Below are positions 9,217 through 18,819 of a stretch of 64,000 nucleotides of DNA, in pieces. Position 1 is the first letter of the stretch, and the number at the start of each line of letters is the position of its first letter. The translations under genes and the position numbers were made by a program. This stretch comes from Candidatus Woesebacteria bacterium. Lineage in GTDB: Bacteria; Patescibacteriota; Microgenomatia; UBA1400; PJMF01. The notes beneath the pieces are model-generated. The model saw nothing but the letters and a program-made list of their open reading frames with translations. It made no database searches and was not told the origin of the DNA. Location of the stretch: positions 75-64,074 of the forward strand of contig JASFHL010000007.1 of assembly GCA_050123235.1 (NCBI GenBank), in the 5' to 3' direction.

Positions 9217-11772
9217 GTGAAAAAGAAGCATCCTATAAGAAGAGCAAATAAAAGAAAAAATATCAAAAGATATAAAAATATTACCAAAAAAAACAATGGT
9301 ATTAATTTTATTTTAGAGATAAAAAAGATAATCAAAAGATTAATTAATTTATCAGAATATAAAAAAAATATTCAAAAAATCAAAAAAAAGCTATTAAAAC
9401 TTAGAATTGCTATAAAGAAAAAGAATAAGTCTTTAAATAAAAAATATAGGATTGTTTTTAAACAAAAAAGAATTAAATCAAAATTTGAAAAATTTAAGCA
9501 AAAGTTTAATAAATCAAAAAAAGACTTTCAAAAATCTCTAAGAGCATATTTGCAAAATAAAAAGAAAACAATCAAGATTAAAAAAAAATCTGGTGTTATT
9601 TTTTCCCAAGGGATTTCTTTCAAAAGTTTTTATCAAGCTAAAAGAAAGTATTTAAGTAGTTTTTCAAAAAAATCATTAACTAAGCTTCAGCAGAATTTTT
9701 TCCATCCTATTGCCTTCTATTTAAAAAGACATCCCAGAAGAAGCTCTTTATCTTTGGGTATTACGGTATTAATCATTGTTAATAGCATTGCTGTTTATAA
9801 TTGGATTTTCAAGGATTTACCTTCACCAATGGGTTTGAGTGAGAATGAACAAGTGGTGACTACCAGAATATTAGATCGCAATGGTAATTTGCTTTTCAGG
9901 ATCTATAAAGATGAAAATCGCACTCTAATTCCGCTTTCTCAGGTACCAGAGCACATGATACAGGCTACTTTAGCTATAGAGGACCAAGATTTTTATAAGC
10001 ATCATGGTTTTTCTATTAAAGGAATTATCAGGGCTTTGATTGCCAATGTCCAAGGCAAGTCGATTCAAGGAGGTTCTACTATCACCCAACAATTAGTGAA
10101 AAATAGATTGCTTAGTTCAGAAAGAACCATTAGAAGAAAAATAAGAGAGGTGATTTTGTCAATTTTGGTAGAGGGAAGTTATTCCAAAGAAGAGATCTTA
10201 GAAATGTATTTAAATCAAGTTGCTTATGGTGGCTCAACCTATGGCATTGAGGAAGCAGCCTGGAGATACTTCAATAAAAAAGCAAAAAATTTAACTTTAG
10301 CTGAAAGTGCGATGTTGGCAGCTTTACCTGCAGCTCCTAGTGTTTACACGCCATTTGGCTCTAATCCAGAATTAGCCTATACTAGGCAACGTGAGGTACT
10401 AAGGAGGATGGTAGAAGATGATTATATTGAGCAAGAACAAGCAAATGTAGCTAAAAACGAAGAATTGAAATTTAGACAAGATGTAATTGATATAAGAGCT
10501 CCTCACTTTGTGATGTATTTGAAAAGACTATTGGCAGAAAGGTATGGTGAAGAGATTTTATATGAAGGTGGCTTAGAGGTAAGGACCACTCTAGATCTTG
10601 CTTTGCAAGAAGAGGTACAAAAAATTGTTACAGCAGAGGTAGAAAAACTAGCTCCTTTACGAGTGAATAATGGTGCCAGTCTGGTCACTAATCCTCAAAC
10701 TGGAGAAATTCTAGCGATGGTGGGTAGTAAGAATTACTTTGATTTTGCCAATGATGGACAAGTGAATGTTACAATTAGACCAAGACAGCCAGGTAGTTCT
10801 ATTAAACCTTTGACTTATGCCTTAGCTTTTGAGAAAGGTAAAACTCCATCTTCCACTATTGATGACAGCCCAATTACTTATAGTATTCCTGGCAGTCAAC
10901 CTTATAGCCCTAAAAACTATGATGGTAAATATCATGGTAGGGTAACTATTAGAGAAGCCTTAGCTTCTTCTTATAATATTCCTGCAGTGAAAACCTTAGC
11001 CAGTATTGGAGTTGAGCAAATGCTTGATAAGGCGGAAGAAATAGGTATTAGCACTTGGACTGATCGTAAGCGTTTTGGTTTATCTCTGACTTTAGGAGCT
11101 GGTGAAGTATTGATGACTGATATGGCAAAACTCTATGCTACTTTTGCTAATTTGGGGAACACAGTGGATCTAAATCCTTTTTTGGAAATAAAAAATTATA
11201 AAGGAGAAGTTTTATATAAAAACAGCTGTGTCTTAAATAAAAAAGACTGTGTGGTTAGACCTACTTTTGATGCTCAGATAGCTTATCAAATCACTAGTAT
11301 TCTAGCTGATAATCAAGCTCGCACACCTGCTTTTGGCCCCAGAAGCGTTTTACATATTCCTAATCAAGAAGTGGCTGTCAAGACAGGTACAACTAATAAT
11401 TTACGTGATAACTGGACAATTGGTTATACTACTGATCGTTTGGTAGCAGTTTGGGTGGGTAATAACGACAATCAACCTATGAGTTATGTAGCTTCTGGTA
11501 TCACTGGCGCTTCGCCAATTTGGAACAACATTATGCTCTTATTGCTAGATGATGAGCAAGCACATGTTTTTGCTATTCCTGATGGTTTTGTAAAGCTTAA
11601 AGTTTGTAGTCCAACAGGCACTTTGCCATGTAAAGGTTGTCCAGTGATAAGAGAAGAAATTTTTATTATTGGCACTGAACCTAAAAAGGCTTGTAATCCT
11701 GCTTGGTTTAAACCAGAAGATGAGGAAGAAGGGGAGAATAGAGACAAGATTTTAGAAGGAATTAGTATCTAA
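9217..11772 (+). CDS. Class A penicillin-binding protein with long Lys-rich N-terminus
   Basis: EDQDFYKHHG, GGSTITQQL, RKIRE transglycosylase motifs; SSIK, SYN, KTG transpeptidase motifs; start uncertain. Confidence 0.95.
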   Translation: MKKKHPIRRANKRKNIKRYKNITKKNNGINFILEIKKIIKRLINLSEYKKNIQKIKKKLLKLRIAIKKKNKSLNKKYRIVFKQKRIKSKFEKFKQKFNKSKKDFQKSLRAYLQNKKKTIKIKKKSGVIFSQGISFKSFYQAKRKYLSSFSKKSLTKLQQNFFHPIAFYLKRHPRRSSLSLGITVLIIVNSIAVYNWIFKDLPSPMGLSENEQVVTTRILDRNGNLLFRIYKDENRTLIPLSQVPEHMIQATLAIEDQDFYKHHGFSIKGIIRALIANVQGKSIQGGSTITQQLVKNRLLSSERTIRRKIREVILSILVEGSYSKEEILEMYLNQVAYGGSTYGIEEAAWRYFNKKAKNLTLAESAMLAALPAAPSVYTPFGSNPELAYTRQREVLRRMVEDDYIEQEQANVAKNEELKFRQDVIDIRAPHFVMYLKRLLAERYGEEILYEGGLEVRTTLDLALQEEVQKIVTAEVEKLAPLRVNNGASLVTNPQTGEILAMVGSKNYFDFANDGQVNVTIRPRQPGSSIKPLTYALAFEKGKTPSSTIDDSPITYSIPGSQPYSPKNYDGKYHGRVTIREALASSYNIPAVKTLASIGVEQMLDKAEEIGISTWTDRKRFGLSLTLGAGEVLMTDMAKLYATFANLGNTVDLNPFLEIKNYKGEVLYKNSCVLNKKDCVVRPTFDAQIAYQITSILADNQARTPAFGPRSVLHIPNQEVAVKTGTTNNLRDNWTIGYTTDRLVAVWVGNNDNQPMSYVASGITGASPIWNNIMLLLLDDEQAHVFAIPDGFVKLKVCSPTGTLPCKGCPVIREEIFIIGTEPKKACNPAWFKPEDEEEGENRDKILEGISI

Positions 11773-11825
11773 AAAGCAAAGCTTTGAATAGCCGTTTGCC
11801 TAATTTTAGTATTTTTGGCAGAGTT

Positions 11826-12020
11826 TTATTTTCTTGTCTGCATGATAAGATAGGAAATGATCACTGTGACCAGCAAGAGAATTGGAGCTACCAATTTTTC
11901 TGCTAAACTAACTTCTTCTTTTTTGTGATTGGCAGTGAGCTTTTTAGGTTTTTTTCGTCTTTTTTCGTCTTTTAATTTTTTTTCAGAAGTTTTTTTTATA
12001 AAATTTTTCATAAAATCCAT
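11826..12020 (-). CDS. Small basic protein with C-terminal TM helix
   Basis: 64 aa ORF overlapping the end of cmk, hydrophobic C-terminus. Confidence 0.55.
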   Translation of the reverse strand: MDFMKNFIKKTSEKKLKDEKRRKKPKKLTANHKKEEVSLAEKLVAPILLLVTVIISYLIMQTRK

Positions 12021-12729
12021 TTTTTTGATTTTCTTGTTCTTGTTTTAGGAATCTAACTCTTTCTACAATCATATCAACTACTTTATCAATATTTAAATCA
12101 GAGCTTTCTATCACCCAAGCATCAGGCATAATATAGAGTGGGTCTGTTGATCGATTTCTATCTCTCTCATCTCTTTTTTTTATTTCTTCTTGCATTTGGT
12201 CAAAGTTAACATCTATTCCATGAGATTGTCTTTGAAAGTGTCTCCTTCTAGATCTAACTAATTCATTGGCAGTAAGGAAAATTTTTAAACTAGCATTAGG
12301 TAGTACTCTATAAGTAATATCTCTACCTTCCATAATGACGTCTTGTTGTTTGGCAATTTCTTGTTGTTTTTCAACTAAAATATTTCTTACCTTAGGATGA
12401 GTAGAAACGATAGAAGATCCCAAAGCCAATTTCTCTGTCCTAATTTTCCAAGACACATCTTCACCATTAAGCAGCGCTGTAGTTAAGCGACCATCTCGTT
12501 CTTCAGCTCTAGGGTTTCTTAATTCTATACGAGCATTTTTAATAAGCTCAACAATAGCATCTTCATCCTCCCATGAGACATTATGTTGATCACATAGTAG
12601 AGCAACCATCCGATACATAGCACCAGTGTCAACATAAAGTAAGCCTAATCTCTGAGCTACTAATCTGGAAACAGTACCTTTGCCAGCTGCCACTGGGCCA
12701 TCAATTGCAATTTGAAGTGGTTTTTTCAT
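11983..12729 (-). CDS. cmk: Cytidylate kinase (bacterial type)
   Basis: IAIDGPVAAGKGT, VDTGAMYR, MEGRDI, RDERDRNR; ATG at 12729. Confidence 0.95.
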   Translation of the reverse strand: MKKPLQIAIDGPVAAGKGTVSRLVAQRLGLLYVDTGAMYRMVALLCDQHNVSWEDEDAIVELIKNARIELRNPRAEERDGRLTTALLNGEDVSWKIRTEKLALGSSIVSTHPKVRNILVEKQQEIAKQQDVIMEGRDITYRVLPNASLKIFLTANELVRSRRRHFQRQSHGIDVNFDQMQEEIKKRDERDRNRSTDPLYIMPDAWVIESSDLNIDKVVDMIVERVRFLKQEQENQKNGFYEKFYKKNF

Positions 12730-12816
12730 AGCAAGCTTTAATAACAAGATTTTTTATGAAGTAAAAGAACGCTTACTTTCTATTCCGCTACAAGTCTATT
12801 CAGTTTTTAAAATGAC

Positions 12817-13053
12817 TTATTTCTTTCTTCTTCTGGTTCTTTTTGAAGTAGTTTTTCTTTTTTTACGAGTTTTCTTTTTATTATCTACTAGCCAGTCATC
12901 TCTATCAGAAGTTAATAATCCTCCCAGCCCAACTACAATCAATATCACTGGCCAGAGATTCCAGAATGATTTTGGTAACATACCCATATTAGAGGCCAAA
13001 AAGATTAATCCCATCACAACTAAAGTAGCTGGCCAAAATACTTTTTTAGGCAT
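12817..13053 (-). CDS. Small 2-TM protein (LiaF/DUF5668-like) with basic tail
   Basis: GLIFLASNMG..WNLWPVILIVVGL; SD aggagg. Confidence 0.65.
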   Translation of the reverse strand: MPKKVFWPATLVVMGLIFLASNMGMLPKSFWNLWPVILIVVGLGGLLTSDRDDWLVDNKKKTRKKRKTTSKRTRRRKK

Positions 13054-13169
13054 AATTCCTCCTTTTATTTATAAATTCTTATTTAAGAATAAGTCTATTA
13101 AAACTTAATTTTTCTATCTAGACAAGAGGAAGAAAGTAAAGTTAGTTTATATCTTTCAATAATCTCTTG

Positions 13170-14651
13170 CTATTTTTTTAGATTTTTAATAAAAATCACA
13201 GCATATTCATCTTGATAAGTTAATTGCCATTCCGGATCTAAATTCCTGGCTTTAAGAAAAGCTTGTCCCCAATCTGTCAGATCTAAATGACTGAAAAATA
13301 TGCTTTGGAAATCATATTGATTCATTAATTCTTGCCATTTTTTTTCACTTATTTGCATCGGAATATATTGTTCTTGAAAAAATATTTTGCCATATGCTTC
13401 AGGACGGTTGTCAGTAAAGACTTGCCAATCAGGATAAAGTGTATAAATTAGATAACTACCAATATCATAGTTATTAAAGATTTTACCTTTGATATTGAGC
13501 TTGATGAAAAATTCAGCAGCAGCAAATTGTTCTTTAGCAGGGGCCAAGGCGCGATTTTTAAAAGAAAAAAGAGGAGAGAATTTGCCAGATACAACTAGGG
13601 CAGAAATAAATAGATAAATAATACTGATAATAACTAGAATATTTTGTTTTTGATTTTGGATCTTGATTTTCTTTTTTAAGCGCTGGCAAATTCTAGATAG
13701 GGAAATGGCCATTATTGGTAAAGTGAAAAAACAAAAAATAGGTAAATTTCTTAAGGCCATAAATCCAAGCAAAATCCCTGATAAGTTAATAATCTTATGA
13801 TCTAATTCACTATGTTTAAAATCGATGATAAAGAAAAGCAATCCCAAACTAGCAAAAATAAGATATAAGTACATTACTGGACTGATAAAAAATTTACTTA
13901 GAAAAAGCAAATCCTGATTTTCTAATACCTGGTAGCCATAATCATTGAAGATAGTGAAAGGTGTCAGTAAGCCTTGGTAAGTGTGAGGATTGATCAAAGA
14001 CAGCAAAGTGAGCGTTACAGTGAGGTAGACTAGCTTTTTTTTCTCAGTTGGGTGAAATTTATCGCTCAATAGGGCAGTAAAAGTAAAAATTAGACTAAGA
14101 TAAATAGCAAAGACAAATGAAATATGCAAGTTGACCCAGAGTAACTGTTGCAAGCTAAGTAAAAAAAATTGCTTTTTTCTAATTTTTTTATTTTTTTTAA
14201 TAATTGTAAATTGCCATAGACTATAGCCCAAAAAAAGATAGCCAAAACTTTCAGGTCTAATATCATAACGATGGGAAACAATTAAAACGGCCACTAGAGT
14301 TAAAATTAAGGCTAAATTAGTGGATGAGTTGGCTTTAATAGTTTTAAATAAAAATAAAAGTGCTATCAGTAAAATGAAAATATGAAAGATAGTTAGAGTT
14401 TGAAAATTAAAAGTTTTGACAATTAGAAAAAAAACTAAGCCAGAAAGCCAATGGTGATTAATGAATTTTTTTTCTGGCAAAGTATAAGAGTAGTGGTTTT
14501 TAAAAAGAACATTGAAATTGCCATTGATAATCTCTCTGCCATTACTTAGATGGCGGCCTAAGTCAATTCTAGTTAAATCATTTGGGGTGGCAAGTATAAA
14601 ACCATAAAGAGCCATGACCGTAATTAAGAGTAAAGTTTGGAATTTAGACAT
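13170..14651 (-). CDS. Polytopic membrane protein, probable GT-C glycosyltransferase
   Basis: DLGRHLSNG, RPE, WVNLH, NPH, GSYLIY, DNRPE motifs; many TM segments. Confidence 0.65.
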   Translation of the reverse strand: MSKFQTLLLITVMALYGFILATPNDLTRIDLGRHLSNGREIINGNFNVLFKNHYSYTLPEKKFINHHWLSGLVFFLIVKTFNFQTLTIFHIFILLIALLFLFKTIKANSSTNLALILTLVAVLIVSHRYDIRPESFGYLFLGYSLWQFTIIKKNKKIRKKQFFLLSLQQLLWVNLHISFVFAIYLSLIFTFTALLSDKFHPTEKKKLVYLTVTLTLLSLINPHTYQGLLTPFTIFNDYGYQVLENQDLLFLSKFFISPVMYLYLIFASLGLLFFIIDFKHSELDHKIINLSGILLGFMALRNLPIFCFFTLPIMAISLSRICQRLKKKIKIQNQKQNILVIISIIYLFISALVVSGKFSPLFSFKNRALAPAKEQFAAAEFFIKLNIKGKIFNNYDIGSYLIYTLYPDWQVFTDNRPEAYGKIFFQEQYIPMQISEKKWQELMNQYDFQSIFFSHLDLTDWGQAFLKARNLDPEWQLTYQDEYAVIFIKNLKK

Positions 14652-14655
14652 GCTT

Positions 14656-15099
14656 TCAATAGGATGATTTCATTTGTTTGGCAATTTGCCTTTTGATATC
14701 TCGTTTTTTAATTTTTTCCCTTTTTTCGTATTCTTTTTTCCCTTTGCCAACGCCAAAGTTTAATTTAATCACATTGCGTTTCAATTCAAAAGACAAAGGA
14801 ACTATAGTCCAGCCTTTTTGGTCACTAAGACCAATCAATTGCTGGATTTCTTTTTTTTTAAGTAGCAATTTGCGACTCCGTTTTGGATCGTAGTCTGTGT
14901 TGTCAGCAAATTTATAGGGATTGATCTGGGCATTAATTAGAAAGGCCTCTCCATCTAGGATTTTGATAAAACTACCACGCAGGCTAGCATGTTTGTTTCT
15001 CAGACTTTTGACTTCTGGTCCAGTTAAAACAATCCCAGCGTGGTAGGTTTTGGAAATCTGATAGTCAAATTTGGCTCTTTTGTTGATGACCAGTGGCAT
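14656..15099 (-). CDS. smpB: SsrA-binding protein
   Basis: NKRAKFDY, AGIVLTGPEVKSLR, RKLLLKKKEI, GKKEYEKRE. Confidence 0.97.
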   Translation of the reverse strand: MPLVINKRAKFDYQISKTYHAGIVLTGPEVKSLRNKHASLRGSFIKILDGEAFLINAQINPYKFADNTDYDPKRSRKLLLKKKEIQQLIGLSDQKGWTIVPLSFELKRNVIKLNFGVGKGKKEYEKREKIKKRDIKRQIAKQMKSSY

Positions 15100-15115
15100 A
15101 GTGATAGTATACAGT

Positions 15116-15200
15116 TGGTGAAGCTCGGTAGTAAATTGTCTGCTAACTCAAGCTTAGCCAGACCTCGCTTCAACGCTCTAAGATTCATCATATAGTAAAT
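15116..15200 (-). repeat. Hairpin repeat family A, 3'-truncated copy
   Basis: Minus strand atcttagagcgttgaagcgaggtctgg...actaccgagcttcacca; lacks second helix and right arm. Confidence 0.85.
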
Positions 15201-15243
15201 TAAAATCAATAAATCAAAGGAACATTTAGTAAAATATTAGCTG

Positions 15244-17337
15244 TCACAACTCCATCTCATAGAGCAGTGATCCACTGACAGCAAAAATCTTATTTTTTTC
15301 TTTACTAATCACAAAATCAGTTACGCTCTTCAAGGAAAGGCTTTTCTTTTCACTAAAGTATTTACCATCCTTAGTTAAAGCTACCACTCTAAATTGATTT
15401 GCATCCAAAACATAGAGATATTCTAGTTCTTCGCTAGTAAAGATTTTTATTTTTGAATCAAAAGCATCAACTAAACCTTCGATATTAAATTCCACTTCAC
15501 TACCTTTGGAAAATTTTTTTATTTCTCCAGAATTAGTAGTTAGCCAGATAGAACCATCAATAGTCATTGAATCTATTTCTTCAAACTTAATGTCTTTTTT
15601 AGACACAAACCAACCAATTGCCTGACTCAAACCATCTTCACCTTGGCTGTAGCGATAGAGATTTCTTTTTTCTGGGTTAAGAATATAAAGATAGCTGTTG
15701 AATCTGCCAAAAATATTACCAGCCCTATCTGAGTCTCCTTCCTCTTTCAGAACTGTTATCTTTTTACTGCCTAAATCAATTTGGCGAATACCATTGCCAA
15801 GTAAATAAATTTTATTTTCGCCCAAAACTACATCCACTAATTTATCAGCATCTTCTACATTAAAGACCTCATGTTCTTTGTTATCCAAATTGATAACAAT
15901 AATTTGTTTTTTACCAGTATCCAAAAAGGCTAATTTTTCCTTGTTAATCGCGATTTTGGAACTGACAAAATTAGATTCAATATTTCTTAAGTCAACGAAA
16001 ACAGTCAATTCGTCAAATTCTTGTCTGCCTGATATTTCCTGATAAAAATCTTTAGCGGCTGAAAGTTCTTTTTGGATTTCTTTGAGTGATCGTTTTTTTT
16101 GCTCTTTTGCTTTAGCCAAGTTTTCTAAATTTTCAATAGCAAGAGTTAATTTTTCTCTAGCAGTAATCGGATCTTGCTCTGCAATGTCTTTAGCTTCAGC
16201 AATCATTTGCACAAAGGGATTAATTTCTTCTCTGATAGCATTTAGTTCTTTGTTGACCTTCATCCTCCAGACAACAATTAAAGTCGAGCCAACAATGATA
16301 AAAACTAAGATCGAAAACAGCACTTTAGCGATTTTTTTTGATGAATATTTGCTGACATAAGTTTCTTTGGAAGATAGATTCTGTTTCAGGAAATCACTAC
16401 CCTTTTGTAGAATTTTTTGGCTTAATTTAAGACTTTTAAGAACAGTGTTTTTACTGCCACTTAGGCCGCGTTTAATAAGTACGCTGGCAGATTTAAGAAA
16501 TTTTTTAAATTGAAAATTTGGCCTTTTTTTAGAAATATTGCTAGTTGTTTGAGTAGGGGCAAAGTTATCTATTATTTCTAAATCAGGATCTGCAATGCTT
16601 TCTTCTTGCCAGTCAAGTTCATTTTGTTTTTTTACTTTGTTTTTTTGCTTGAAAATATCATCTGCTGCTTGCTCTAGCACGTTATCAGTATTTAAACTTT
16701 GTTCTAATCTTTCTGCTTCAGTATCAATTTCTAAACTAAAATCTAGATTCTTTGTTTTTTCAACTTTTTCTTCACTTAATTTTTGGTAGACAAAGCTCAG
16801 CGCAGACAATGATGAATTTGCTTGAGCATGGATGGCCGGCACAATTGAGGTAATCACAGTTTCCAGCTCAAACCCTTGATTTAGTTTTTGTTTGATTTCT
16901 TCTAAAAATTTAAATACTTGATGAGTAGTGAGGAGAAGCACATCCTCTTTTTTAAATTCACCTTGGATGATTTTAATTCTATTAGTACTGGAAAGTATCT
17001 TGCCAATTTTATCGCCTCTTTTAAGGGTAATACTACCGTTATATGTGAGAAAGAAGGCCTGTCCTTCTTGAGGAAAAAAAGCTGCTGACAATTGTAATTG
17101 GCAGTTATTATCTCTGAGATTTTTGATAGAACTTAAAAGCAGCTGATGAAGAGCGGCCGCACTAGCATTAGCAGGAGTTTGTTTGAGTTGTTGACTGAAA
17201 TCTTTGCCAATGTTTTTTGCATTTTTTCCAGCTATGGAAAAAGCACAGATCAGGTTGCCAGCCTCATTTGCAGTTATTTGAGACCAACCATTAGCAAGTG
17301 GCAGGCCAATCAGGGGTGTTGACTGCACTCTTGGCAT
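15244..17337 (-). CDS. Membrane-anchored hypothetical protein (PP2C-like N-terminus, TM, coiled coil, beta-propeller-like C-terminus)
   Basis: 697 aa; central TM VLFSILVFIIVGSTLIVVW; repeated YLYxLD/IDGSIWL beta motifs; domain calls are inference. Confidence 0.55.
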   Translation of the reverse strand: MPRVQSTPLIGLPLANGWSQITANEAGNLICAFSIAGKNAKNIGKDFSQQLKQTPANASAAALHQLLLSSIKNLRDNNCQLQLSAAFFPQEGQAFFLTYNGSITLKRGDKIGKILSSTNRIKIIQGEFKKEDVLLLTTHQVFKFLEEIKQKLNQGFELETVITSIVPAIHAQANSSLSALSFVYQKLSEEKVEKTKNLDFSLEIDTEAERLEQSLNTDNVLEQAADDIFKQKNKVKKQNELDWQEESIADPDLEIIDNFAPTQTTSNISKKRPNFQFKKFLKSASVLIKRGLSGSKNTVLKSLKLSQKILQKGSDFLKQNLSSKETYVSKYSSKKIAKVLFSILVFIIVGSTLIVVWRMKVNKELNAIREEINPFVQMIAEAKDIAEQDPITAREKLTLAIENLENLAKAKEQKKRSLKEIQKELSAAKDFYQEISGRQEFDELTVFVDLRNIESNFVSSKIAINKEKLAFLDTGKKQIIVINLDNKEHEVFNVEDADKLVDVVLGENKIYLLGNGIRQIDLGSKKITVLKEEGDSDRAGNIFGRFNSYLYILNPEKRNLYRYSQGEDGLSQAIGWFVSKKDIKFEEIDSMTIDGSIWLTTNSGEIKKFSKGSEVEFNIEGLVDAFDSKIKIFTSEELEYLYVLDANQFRVVALTKDGKYFSEKKSLSLKSVTDFVISKEKNKIFAVSGSLLYEMEL

Positions 17338-17452
17338 AGGGCTATTGTATCATAAGCGAGTTTGGAGGATTTTAGTGGAGTTATACCTTAGATCTTAAAA
17401 TAGTGATAATTATAATTTAAATAATCTTAAGTCTGCTAAAATACTATAATTA

Positions 17453-18541
17453 ATGATCATTTTAAATACAAAAGACACCAGTCAAGCAGAAATAATTGAA
17501 CAAGCGGTAGCTGTTTTAAAAAAAGGCGGTTTAGTGATTTATCCTACAGAGACCGTGTATGGGGCCGGGGTAGACGTCAGCAATCAGGCGGCAGTGAATA
17601 AGTTATTGCAGTACAAGTCACGTCGAGAAGGAAAGCCTTTGTCAGTGGCAGTCACTGATCAAAAAATGGCTGAAAAATATGTAGAGATTAATAAGCAAGC
17701 CAAAAAATTATATAAACAATTTTTACCTGGGCCAATGACAATCATTTCTAAAGGCAAAGATACAGTGGCGGCTGGAGTTGAATCTGAATTTGGAACTTTA
17801 GGAATTAGAATTCCTGATTATGATTTGATTTTGAAAATAGTAGCAAAATTAGGCAGAGGGATTACTGCTACTTCTGCTAATGCCTCTGGTAAAAAAAGAC
17901 CCTATACAGTAGCAGATATTTTAAATAATCTTTCAGCAAAGCAGAAAAACTTGATAGATTTAATTATTGATGCTGGCAAATTAGCGCCTAATCCACCCTC
18001 TACAGTGATTGATACCACTTTATCTACTCCTACTATTTTACGAAAAGGCAAGACTAAGCTTGTTGGTTCTGATGAAAAAAGCACTCAACTTAAATCAGAA
18101 TCAGAAAAGATGACTAAAGAAATTGCCGGTCGAATTATGCTCAAATACTGGGATCGAATTAAAAAAACAGCTTTGATTTTAGGCTTAGATGGTCAATTAG
18201 GAGCTGGTAAAACAATTTTTACCAAAGGTGTGGCTGAATTTCTTAAAATCAAAGAAACTATCAGTTCCCCAACTTATACTTATCTCAATGAATATGACTT
18301 TAAAAGATACCAAACAAAAGGGAAACTCTACCACTTTGACATGTGGAAAGTAGATTCAGAAAAGGAGTTGACTTTGTTTGAGATAGATAAGTTAGTTAGA
18401 CCTAATAATGTCTTGGTGATCGAGTGGTGGGATCAGATTGCTGGCTTTTTAGCTAATAAGAGATATGCAATTATTAAAATAAATATTGATGTATTAGATA
18501 AAGAAAATAGGGAGTTGATAATTACTGAAAAATTTTCATAA
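17453..18541 (+). CDS. tsaC-tsaE: Fused threonylcarbamoyl-AMP synthase TsaC (YrdC) and ATPase TsaE
   Basis: YPTETVYG, KSRREGKPL, ATSANASG, PSTVID then GQLGAGKT, SSPTY, HFDMWK, IEW in one ORF. Confidence 0.92.
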   Translation: MIILNTKDTSQAEIIEQAVAVLKKGGLVIYPTETVYGAGVDVSNQAAVNKLLQYKSRREGKPLSVAVTDQKMAEKYVEINKQAKKLYKQFLPGPMTIISKGKDTVAAGVESEFGTLGIRIPDYDLILKIVAKLGRGITATSANASGKKRPYTVADILNNLSAKQKNLIDLIIDAGKLAPNPPSTVIDTTLSTPTILRKGKTKLVGSDEKSTQLKSESEKMTKEIAGRIMLKYWDRIKKTALILGLDGQLGAGKTIFTKGVAEFLKIKETISSPTYTYLNEYDFKRYQTKGKLYHFDMWKVDSEKELTLFEIDKLVRPNNVLVIEWWDQIAGFLANKRYAIIKINIDVLDKENRELIITEKFS

Positions 18542-18572
18542 TTCAGAGAAGCTGCTGATAAGGTCAGATTAG

Positions 18573-18814
18573 ATTAATAAAATATCAACTTATTTAAGTG
18601 ATTTTTAGAAAAAACATTAGTATATATAAATCTTGACCGTTGAAGCGAGGTCTGATTAGGATTGACCTAGATCTTTATATACTACCGAGCTTCACCGAGT
18701 GAGCTTTGTATCTTATAAAACAGAAGAAATATTTCTGCGAACGTGTTCAAGATTTATGTATAGTAATGTTTTGGATGCTGAACTTTACATGAACTCGTCT
18801 GATATTTTATTAAT
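18573..18814 (+). repeat. Hairpin repeat family A, full copy
   Basis: Outer perfect 15 bp IR 18573-18587/18800-18814; inner 26 bp IR 18611-18636/18747-18772; core tgaagc-ga-ggt...acc-ga-gcttca, gt-ga-gc...gc-ga-ac. Confidence 0.9.
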
Positions 18815-18819
18815 TAATT

